This document shows, piece after piece, positions 27,368 through 35,054 of a stretch of DNA of 64,000 nucleotides. Both the position numbers and the translations under genes were made by a program. The notes beneath the pieces are model-generated. The model ran no database searches. It saw only the letters and a program-made list of their open reading frames with translations, and was not told the DNA's origin. Within the stretch, counting starts at the first letter, position 1, and the number at the start of each line of letters is the position of its first letter. This DNA comes from Nanobdellota archaeon (GTDB lineage: Archaea; Nanobdellota; Nanobdellia; Pacearchaeales; GW2011-AR1): assembly GCA_020430505.1 (NCBI GenBank), contig JAGQJT010000003.1, positions 5,591 to 69,590 on the forward strand, in the 5' to 3' direction.

Positions 27368-27841
27368 CTATGCAACATCAGGCAACGCTGCGAAAGTGTA
27401 GGTTGTTGTTGTAGGACATAAAACCTCTTCACCTTGTTCATTGTAGTAGAAAGGTGTAACTTCTACTTTGTTAGCGTTATCAACTCCTGTATCGAAAGTA
27501 GCTGTTTTTGTCTGTAAAGGAGTAAATCCCACTTCATCAAAGTTTGTTACTGCACTGTTATTTGCATCACTGTAAACAATTAGTTTGGCTAACATTGCTC
27601 CGCTATCTCCAGCACCAGTTCTTGAAAGAGTTATTGTTTGCTCTCCACCTGTTGTGGTATTCACAACCTTTGTAGCCTTTATTTCAATTTCTAAACAAGA
27701 AGTACTTGTGTTAATTCTGTCTCGACTATTGTTTAACAGATTACTAACAACCCCCCAGATTATACCAACTGCAACCAATACCAACAAGATTATTATCAAT
27801 GTTGTTACAACAGTTGACAAACCTTTATTATTTCTCATCAT
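27368..27841 (-). CDS. archaeal type IV pilin-like protein (class III signal peptide), paralog
   Basis: N-terminus MMRNNKG/LSTVVTTLIIILLVLVAVGIIWGVV. Strong GGAGGT Shine-Dalgarno 6 nt upstream. Confidence 0.7.
   Translation of the reverse strand: MMRNNKGLSTVVTTLIIILLVLVAVGIIWGVVSNLLNNSRDRINTSTSCLEIEIKATKVVNTTTGGEQTITLSRTGAGDSGAMLAKLIVYSDANNSAVTNFDEVGFTPLQTKTATFDTGVDNANKVEVTPFYYNEQGEEVLCPTTTTYTFAALPDVA
27741..27824 (-). repeat. 84-nt near-identical block shared by the two pilin-like genes (copy B)
   Basis: See copy A. Confidence 0.8.
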
Positions 27842-27847
27842 ATTTCA

Positions 27848-27858
27848 ACCTCCTTTCA
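27848..27858 (-). promoter_or_regulatory. conserved leader/Shine-Dalgarno motif TGAAAGGAGGT
   Basis: AAAAATTGAAAGGAGGTtgaaatATG upstream of pilin-like gene 27368..27841. Confidence 0.55.
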
Positions 27859-27970
27859 ATTTTTAGCTCAAATAAAAATTGCTCAACCAAAATTTATTTT
27901 GAGTTTCACTTATTTGTATTAAATAATTTTTAATACACTATATAGAGAAAAAACTAGTATAAAAAGCTTA

Positions 27971-29191
27971 TCATTTATTCAAGTTTTTGTTGAAGTTATC
28001 AAGCAGTAAGAAAAATTCCTTTTTATCTAAAGTTTTGTCAACCTCACTTAATCCAATATGTTCTGCCATTTTCCAAAACGCTTCTGGTTTATAACCTTTG
28101 TTTTTTAATGACTGCACTGTTGGCAGTTCAGGATCATCCCATCCAGAATATTTTCCTTCCTTAATGTCTTTAGTCATTTGGCTTGCAGACAATCTTAATC
28201 CTTTCAAATGAATTCTCCCAAGATAAAATGCCCAAGGGTAAGTTTTCCCAAAAACTTCATAAATCATTTTTTGTCTTTCAGCATTATCTCTATGTTCTTT
28301 TGCTCTTATTATGTGAGTCATTCCCATTTCAATATCATCAACACTAACTGAAAGATTCATCAAAGGCCAAACTCTATATTTCTTTCCTTGCCTAGGATGC
28401 TCTTCAAGACTAATTCTTGCCAAAGGAAAATCTCTCATTGCAGGATTCTTATGATTCATATCTGATTTAAATCTTAAGACAGCTTCTCCTTCTTTAAATA
28501 AAGGTTTTTTTGTTCCCAACATTCTTTCCCAATCTTTCAAATTTTCTTTAAGATCTTTGTTTCTACAAGGACATTCCTTTTTTTCTTTAGCAAATTTCCT
28601 GAATTCTTCCGCTTCACAAGTGCAAACATAACTTTTTTCTTTTTCAATCAAAGCAACAGCATATCCATAATATAAATCCATCCTATCAGATTGAATAATA
28701 AACTCTGCTTTGTTCTCAAATAGCCATTCGGCATCTTTCTTAAGCAAATCAATTGCAGGAGCATAAATATTTCCTGGATTTGTATCCTCAACTCTTACTA
28801 TAAATTTTCCCCCATACTTTTTTACATAATCATAAGAAATTGAACCTGTAATTGCGTGGCCAATATGCATAGCTCCAGATGGCGAAGGTGCAAATCTCAT
28901 AACAACTCCATTTTCAGCATTAGGTAACTCCGGCAATCCTTCCCTAACCTCTCTCTCACTAGTTAAATCCTTCAATTTTTCAAATTCTTTTTCTTGTTCT
29001 TCTAAATTTAATTTAGAAATTTCTTTAATCACTTTTTGAATTTCAGGCATTACTTCTTTTACTTTATCTTTTTCAAGACCTTCATTAAATAAAGCAGAAA
29101 CAACTGCACCAGGATTTGCTTTTCCTTTGTAATGTAAAGCATTCTTCAGTGCATAGGCTTTTATTTTATCTTTTGAAATTTCCATAAACAA
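27971..29191 (-). CDS. gltX: glutamyl-tRNA synthetase, archaeal type, lacking the C-terminal anticodon-binding region
   Basis: Archaeal GluRS N-terminal domain (YALKNALHYKGKANPGAVVSAL), HIGH motif (RFAPSPSGAMHIGHA) and GWDDPELPTV. The ORF stops shortly after the segment where archaeal GluRS normally continues into ~150+ aa of beta-barrel domains. Confidence 0.8.
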   Translation of the reverse strand: MFMEISKDKIKAYALKNALHYKGKANPGAVVSALFNEGLEKDKVKEVMPEIQKVIKEISKLNLEEQEKEFEKLKDLTSEREVREGLPELPNAENGVVMRFAPSPSGAMHIGHAITGSISYDYVKKYGGKFIVRVEDTNPGNIYAPAIDLLKKDAEWLFENKAEFIIQSDRMDLYYGYAVALIEKEKSYVCTCEAEEFRKFAKEKKECPCRNKDLKENLKDWERMLGTKKPLFKEGEAVLRFKSDMNHKNPAMRDFPLARISLEEHPRQGKKYRVWPLMNLSVSVDDIEMGMTHIIRAKEHRDNAERQKMIYEVFGKTYPWAFYLGRIHLKGLRLSASQMTKDIKEGKYSGWDDPELPTVQSLKNKGYKPEAFWKMAEHIGLSEVDKTLDKKEFFLLLDNFNKNLNK

Positions 29192-29215
29192 AAATAGAAA
29201 TCAAGATTAATAAAA

Positions 29216-31513
29216 TTATCTTATGAACACTTCTCCTTTCCAGCCATAATAATTTGTTTCATAAGGCAAATCAACAAACGAAATTTCATCTAAATTCATT
29301 AAGTCATTTGCCTTTAGCATTTCATTTGAAAAAGTGTAAAGAGTATTATCCATATACAAACTTCTTATTATATTCTTATTTCCATACCAGTAATATCCGC
29401 TCTTGTCTTCCACTTCTCCTTCATCATAATGAGTTATCCTTCCTTTGTACTGGAAACCCTCTTCTAAATCCAAATTATAAACATAAGCTCCTTGGAAAGT
29501 TATATCTCCATAAGGAGGCATTCCTGCTCCATCATAATTTTCCTTTTGTGATTCAGAAAGTTCAGCTAAAGTTATAGGGATGACCAACAATTCTTTTTCT
29601 TTATCAAATAAAAATGCTTTATGTTCGTGAAGTGCATCTGAATCTGTACCCCTATCCCCAATAACTACTTTATATTGTTCGATAGGATTCTCAACATCAC
29701 TCACATCAAAGATCGCTATTTTAACTCCTTGATACCAAGCAAAATTCAAGCCCCTATTTTGGATTAGTTCTTCGTCTGCTTCAATAGTATCCTTACCAAT
29801 TCCTATAATATGTGTTTCATCGTAAGGATGTAAATAATCAGAGTATCCTGGGATTTTCAGCTTTCCTAAAACTTTTGGATTTGAAGGATTAGACAAGTCA
29901 ATTACAAACAAAGGATCAACTTTTTTGAATGTAACAACATACCCTCTTTCTCCCATAAATCTAACTGAGTAAATGCTCTCGCCAGGTGCAAGTCCTTCTA
30001 ATTCCCCAAGAATATTCAGATCTTCGTCTAAAATATAAACATTATTTTCAGAAGGATTCTCGGAATTCCAAGAGTTTCCGATTGTTGTTGCAATTCTTAA
30101 ATTTCCCTCATATTCATCCATTGAAAATTGGTTCAAAATGTGTCCTGGAGCATAACCGCTAGCTTCTAATTCCACATTCAATTTATCGATTGAAATTTTA
30201 TTTACCAAAGTTTTTTCTTCATCTAAATTCATTTCATCAGCAACCCATCTAGGATATTCTGTGAAAGTTGTATAAATATTATTTTGTGAAACATAAATTT
30301 CTTGAGTTGATCCAGTTAGCAAAACCTTATCACTAACATCATAGTTATCTAAATCAATTGCCAAAACAATGGTGTATTGGAATCCATAATCTCTAACGTC
30401 TTGATAATAAATCTCTTCTGGGGAAATCACTTTTGTATCATTGTCTTTTGTTATTGAAGGCAAAACAACATCTTCGTAAATGAATTGATTTCCAACAACA
30501 TAAACATAATCCCCAATCATTCTTGAATCAAAATAGTTTCCTGTCATAGTAATCTCTTCATCAAGTTCTGGGTTCTCTTTATCAGAAATATCATAAATAA
30601 GAACATTTGTTTTTGATTCTCCATAATTATAAGGTACTACACAACCTATTGCTGCACAAGCAGAATCTGGATATGAAATTCCTCCATAAGAACTAGAGAA
30701 GATAACTAATTGATCCCCCTTAACGAAAATATTTGCAGGGGTTTCATCTGAGAGTTCAATTTCAGATAGAATTTCCATCTCTTCTGCAGGGTATGCATCA
30801 ATTATTGAAATAGTATTTCCTGTAAGAGTGTAAATATACTCTCCATCATTCTTTATTATATCTGCTTCATCAACTCCTTGAACTTGAACATTTGTTTTTG
30901 AAAAATCTGAGGCACTTTCTCCTCCTGGAGCTGAAGAAGAGTCAGAAGAAATTTTATTCACCCTTCCAGTTGCAACTTGAGCAATTCCTTCAAGGAAGTA
31001 TCCTGCACGATTATTTCTTTCATTAGATTGGATAAAATTTTTAATCTCATTTACTGATTCGAAAGTTTTGAAACCATTTGAATTACTTATCTGGGTTTGT
31101 TGATGTAAAATTAATGTTAGGACAATTGCAATAAAAGCGAGTGCAATAAAAAATGCTGGCAAAATTGAATTTAATGAGCTAGAATTAATTTTTGAGTTTT
31201 TTGGAGAGATAATTATATGTTTTTTAGCAGGTTTATACAATATGATTTTTTTGCCTCTTTTACTCCAAAAGAAATTTGTTGATTTTTCTATAAGTCCGGT
31301 TTTTAATAATTTTTTTAAATTGTATTCCACAGTATTAATCGGAATATTTAGTTCCTTTGAAATATCTTCTTCGCTTTTGTTAGAATTTTCAGCTAAATAA
31401 TCTAGAATCTTTTTGCATGTTTTATTTCCCAATACTTCTGCGATCTTTTTAGAACGTTCATCGGACATATCCATTAAAATGAATTTATCTGTTTCATCTT
31501 TTTCTTTTGACAT
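29216..31513 (-). CDS. membrane-anchored protein: N-terminal ArsR-type wHTH, one TM helix, extracellular beta-propeller domain
   Basis: wHTH (KKILDYLAENSNKSEEDISKELNIPINTVEYNLKKLLKTGLIE), TM helix (ILPAFFIALAFIAIVLTLIL), then a secreted beta-propeller family pattern (TNVQVQGVDEADIIKNDGEYIYTL...). Confidence 0.7.
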   Translation of the reverse strand: MSKEKDETDKFILMDMSDERSKKIAEVLGNKTCKKILDYLAENSNKSEEDISKELNIPINTVEYNLKKLLKTGLIEKSTNFFWSKRGKKIILYKPAKKHIIISPKNSKINSSSLNSILPAFFIALAFIAIVLTLILHQQTQISNSNGFKTFESVNEIKNFIQSNERNNRAGYFLEGIAQVATGRVNKISSDSSSAPGGESASDFSKTNVQVQGVDEADIIKNDGEYIYTLTGNTISIIDAYPAEEMEILSEIELSDETPANIFVKGDQLVIFSSSYGGISYPDSACAAIGCVVPYNYGESKTNVLIYDISDKENPELDEEITMTGNYFDSRMIGDYVYVVGNQFIYEDVVLPSITKDNDTKVISPEEIYYQDVRDYGFQYTIVLAIDLDNYDVSDKVLLTGSTQEIYVSQNNIYTTFTEYPRWVADEMNLDEEKTLVNKISIDKLNVELEASGYAPGHILNQFSMDEYEGNLRIATTIGNSWNSENPSENNVYILDEDLNILGELEGLAPGESIYSVRFMGERGYVVTFKKVDPLFVIDLSNPSNPKVLGKLKIPGYSDYLHPYDETHIIGIGKDTIEADEELIQNRGLNFAWYQGVKIAIFDVSDVENPIEQYKVVIGDRGTDSDALHEHKAFLFDKEKELLVIPITLAELSESQKENYDGAGMPPYGDITFQGAYVYNLDLEEGFQYKGRITHYDEGEVEDKSGYYWYGNKNIIRSLYMDNTLYTFSNEMLKANDLMNLDEISFVDLPYETNYYGWKGEVFIR

Positions 31514-31603
31514 GAAAATTATAAAACTTTGATATTTATAAATAAATCCAATAGTTCAAAAGAATTTGAAGTAAATAAAAAAAGAAAAAATAAAAAGAAA
31601 AGT

Positions 31604-32488
31604 TTAGGCACAATTACAATATAATCTAAACTGGATTGTGGATTGGACAGAACTACAATCAGTAAATTCGAAATAATCTGGGATATAACTTAAATTCCCA
31701 AATCTTGCTCTTGCAGAATTGTAACAAGAAGGTTTTTCATAATAGTCACAAATTTCTTGACAACTATCACATTGATTAAAATCTAGACTATCCTCATAAC
31801 ATTGAGTAGAAGTTTTCACTTCAAAAGACTCTTGAGGTTCAACACAAGGAGAATAACTTCTAAAAAGTTCTCCAACTGAATTAACACAAACATACGCGAA
31901 TCCATCTCCAGATAAGGATGATATTCTAACGTTATCAAAAACATTTATGTTATTTTCACCAGGGAGTTTGTGGATTTCTCCAACGTATAAAGACCCAATC
32001 GCTTGTTCATTTCCTTCAAGATTTAAATTGTCTGTAGCCTCTGAAGATTGTTTCCAACCAACTCCCTTACAACAATCAGCACAATTAGAAGCTTGACAAT
32101 TGTAAATATAATGGTTTATTCCTTGGTTATCAACGCAAGTACAAGATAATCCTGATTGGTCTCCAAGTTGAGTACTTTCTTTAACTTCTAATTGGGCTTG
32201 CGTCTTTCCTAAAAACCAAGTTTTTCCCAAATCTTTAACTTCAATTTCTGCACCATTAATAGAAACAACATCTCCTTCTTTAACGCCCTCAAATTTTTCT
32301 CCATTGATTTCAACATCAATAGAACCATCATCTTGCTTTTGAAGTTCAACAGAGTAATCTCTATCTTGATATGAAAAAGATTTAGCACTATCTTCTTTAA
32401 CAGAAACAGCAAATCCTGTAACAGAAGCAGAAACAATTCCCAAAACCAAAACTCCCAAAATCAAACTAAAAAATATTTTTTTATTCAT
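31604..32488 (-). CDS. secreted Cys-rich protein, conserved N-terminal module plus variable Cys-rich C-terminus (paralog A)
   Basis: Signal/anchor MNKKIFFSLILGVLVLGIVSA. The N-module YSVELQKQDDGSIDVEINGEKFEGV... is shared with 53488..54219. The C-terminal ~185 aa carry ~20 Cys. Confidence 0.6.
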   Translation of the reverse strand: MNKKIFFSLILGVLVLGIVSASVTGFAVSVKEDSAKSFSYQDRDYSVELQKQDDGSIDVEINGEKFEGVKEGDVVSINGAEIEVKDLGKTWFLGKTQAQLEVKESTQLGDQSGLSCTCVDNQGINHYIYNCQASNCADCCKGVGWKQSSEATDNLNLEGNEQAIGSLYVGEIHKLPGENNINVFDNVRISSLSGDGFAYVCVNSVGELFRSYSPCVEPQESFEVKTSTQCYEDSLDFNQCDSCQEICDYYEKPSCYNSARARFGNLSYIPDYFEFTDCSSVQSTIQFRLYCNCA

Positions 32489-32495
32489 AATATAT

Positions 32496-32506
32496 ACCTC
32501 CTTTCA
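32496..32506 (-). promoter_or_regulatory. conserved leader/Shine-Dalgarno motif TGAAAGGAGGT
   Basis: GAAAAATGAAAGGAGGTatatattATG upstream of 31604..32488. One of four identical 11-mers in the window. Confidence 0.55.
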
Positions 32507-32512
32507 TTTTTC

Positions 32513-32911
32513 TTAATATCCACTACCCATTTTTCTCTCAAGAACTTCTATTCTTTGTTGCATCTTGTAGATTTGATTAGATAAGTCTTCGATCTTATTG
32601 GTCATATCTAAAAGTCTTTTTCCCAGTCTTTTTCTTCTTTCTTCTGCACTACTCTCTGTTGCCTCTCCAGATCCATAGATTGAACCATAAGAAGAACTTG
32701 AATTATTTGTCTCTGTATTTCCAGCAAAAAAAGGAAAAGGGCTAGCGGAATTGTTTGAACTTGGGCTTGGATAATTAGAACTCTCAGAAGAGCCATATGT
32801 TTGATATCCTCCAGAATTCTCAGAACGCATATTCTCTACTTGTTCTTGTTGCTTGTTCAGTCTTTCAGTCCAATCAACAACTTTAGGCCCCTTTTTTTTG
32901 AACAATCCCAT
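32513..32911 (-). CDS. hypothetical protein: MGLF N-terminus, S/N/G-rich low-complexity middle, C-terminal coiled coil
   Basis: MGLFKKKGPKVVDW... then ...ERRKRLGKRLLDMTNKIEDLSNQIYKMQQRIEVLERKM. Confidence 0.45.
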   Translation of the reverse strand: MGLFKKKGPKVVDWTERLNKQQEQVENMRSENSGGYQTYGSSESSNYPSPSSNNSASPFPFFAGNTETNNSSSSYGSIYGSGEATESSAEERRKRLGKRLLDMTNKIEDLSNQIYKMQQRIEVLERKMGSGY

Positions 32912-32989
32912 ACCAAAACAAAGAACGAAGTCTATTTAAGAATTTCTATGGGTGGAACATTTTTTAAATAAATAATCCTTGAATTATAC

Positions 32990-34393
32990 ATGGCAGAGGT
33001 GAAAAAGATATCTGATTTAATTGAGGAAGTCAGCCCTTATTATAAAAAGAAAGGAAAACCTGAAGCACAACATGTTTTAGGATACGATTCTGGATCAGAA
33101 ACTCTTGAGCCAATTTATTTTTTTATTCTCGATTTGATGAACGATTTTGGATTAAGTCCTCAGAAATTAGTGGATAATTTTTCATCTTCACCAGGTTCTG
33201 GGCATTTTTCAGAGTTGGGAGGAAAAAAAAGTGCAATGCAACAACAGGGTTCAAAATTATTAATGGATATAAACACTGTCTTAAGAAGTATTTTGAATAT
33301 AATCTATGATCTACGTGAATTTAAGATTCGTCTGGAAAGTTATGATGATTTAAAAATTCCTGCGAAAAAAGATGCTGCTATTTTGTCTTTAAAACAATTA
33401 TGGATGGATAAAGTTGATATAGAGAAAGGAAACTCAAGCATAAAAGCCATGGCTTTAGGCCAAGCAGGTTTTGCAACTTTAATTGATGCTTTCCTTGTGG
33501 CAAAGACCACCAAGGATGTTGAAAAAATCGATCTTAATCAAAGAGTAAAAAGAATCCTTATTCCAAGAATAAATGATTTTAATGCCTGGTTAGGACAATC
33601 TGAAAGTGAATTGAGAAAGAGATATGAGATTGAAAGAACTTACTTAAGAAGTCAAGTAAATAGTTTGAAACTATATTCTCGTTGGGCTAGACCTTATCTA
33701 AAAGCAGCTCAAGAATTAGAAATGAAAGATCAAGGAAGAAATCCTGAAATGGTAAAAGTTTTCAATACCCTCTTACTAGAATTAACACTTTTAGGGAAGA
33801 GAAACTTGGATATAAAAGGATTATCTATAGAAGAGAGCTTTCCAAAAGAGTTTTCCAAAGAGAAATTTCTTAATAATCTAAAAAGAAATTACCATAGTTG
33901 TATTTTAGTTGACTTTAGTTACCGTGGAATCCCAAACAAAGTTCAAGGAACACAACATTATTCATTCGGAGGAAAAGCGCAAGTTACTTTCAAAGCATAT
34001 GCATTAAATGATGATGAAATAAAGATGTTAGAAAAAAAACTGGGAGAAGATGATGTAGAATCTGCTTTAAATTTGATTGATGGAATAACCCAAGAAAGTT
34101 TAGATCAATTAAAAGAAGATTTAGATTATTTTTTAGGAGATGAAGAAGAAGCTAAAGAAGAAAGACCCAAAGATAAATCAAATCCTTTTTTGGCATTATT
34201 TGGGTTCTACAATGAAAAACCAAAGAAAGAAACTCCGAAAGAAAAAAAAGAGGAAAAACCTTTTCAAGTTTCTCCAGATAATTGGTATGAAAAAACATTC
34301 TTTAGAGCAAAATCTGCAGAAGATGCAAGGGAAACAATGTTCTCTATCTTTGATGTTTACAAAAAGGCACATGGAATGGCAAGTTTTACTTAG
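32990..34393 (+). CDS. hypothetical 467-aa protein
   Basis: Long ORF with ATG start and a TATA-like element ~25 nt upstream. No motif I recognise. Confidence 0.55.
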   Translation: MAEVKKISDLIEEVSPYYKKKGKPEAQHVLGYDSGSETLEPIYFFILDLMNDFGLSPQKLVDNFSSSPGSGHFSELGGKKSAMQQQGSKLLMDINTVLRSILNIIYDLREFKIRLESYDDLKIPAKKDAAILSLKQLWMDKVDIEKGNSSIKAMALGQAGFATLIDAFLVAKTTKDVEKIDLNQRVKRILIPRINDFNAWLGQSESELRKRYEIERTYLRSQVNSLKLYSRWARPYLKAAQELEMKDQGRNPEMVKVFNTLLLELTLLGKRNLDIKGLSIEESFPKEFSKEKFLNNLKRNYHSCILVDFSYRGIPNKVQGTQHYSFGGKAQVTFKAYALNDDEIKMLEKKLGEDDVESALNLIDGITQESLDQLKEDLDYFLGDEEEAKEERPKDKSNPFLALFGFYNEKPKKETPKEKKEEKPFQVSPDNWYEKTFFRAKSAEDARETMFSIFDVYKKAHGMASFT

Positions 34394-34429
34394 CAAAAAA
34401 ATTAAATATTATTTCTTATTAGTTATCTC

Positions 34430-35017
34430 ATGAAAAAAGAAGAAAAAAATCTTGAAGAAGAGTTGGAAGAAGACTCAAAAGAAGATAAAGAAGAGAAACC
34501 TGAAGAGATTGACAAGATAGGAAAAATAAGGAAGATCAAGTTAAATAAAATAAAGCCTTCTGATGAAAAAGGGTTTGAAAATTTTGTTGATTTAGATGAA
34601 GATTCTAAAGTAGTTTTGGAAAAACCAGAAACTTCTCAAAAAAGTTTAGAAATTGCAGTTGGTTCAGAACCAATAAATAAAGACCAAAAAAACCTTCCTT
34701 CAAAAAAAGAAGAATCTTTCAAGTATTCTATTGAAGGAGATTTCCAAAATTCAAAAAAATATAATTCTTTTGGAAAAGCTTATAGTGCAGAAAAAATAGA
34801 TGCCCTAGTTACAAGAGATTTTCCAATAAGTTCAAATGACGGTATTGTTTCAGAAAGAATTTCCTCCTCATTGAGAGAAAAAGCAAGCTATCACCATAAA
34901 GGGTTAGACAGTATTGAAAACAATGAAGTTTTGTCAACAACTACTTTTGGGGAATTTGAAAAAAAGAAGAATGATGCAATGAGTAGAAAAATAAAATACT
35001 CTCCGTCGGAACATTAA
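34430..35017 (+). CDS. hypothetical acidic/lysine-rich protein
   Basis: 195-aa ORF, probably largely disordered, between the 467-aa and 635-aa ORFs on the same strand. Confidence 0.45.
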   Translation: MKKEEKNLEEELEEDSKEDKEEKPEEIDKIGKIRKIKLNKIKPSDEKGFENFVDLDEDSKVVLEKPETSQKSLEIAVGSEPINKDQKNLPSKKEESFKYSIEGDFQNSKKYNSFGKAYSAEKIDALVTRDFPISSNDGIVSERISSSLREKASYHHKGLDSIENNEVLSTTTFGEFEKKKNDAMSRKIKYSPSEH

Positions 35018-35054
35018 TCAATAGATATTTAAATAATTTTAAACTATCAATACC

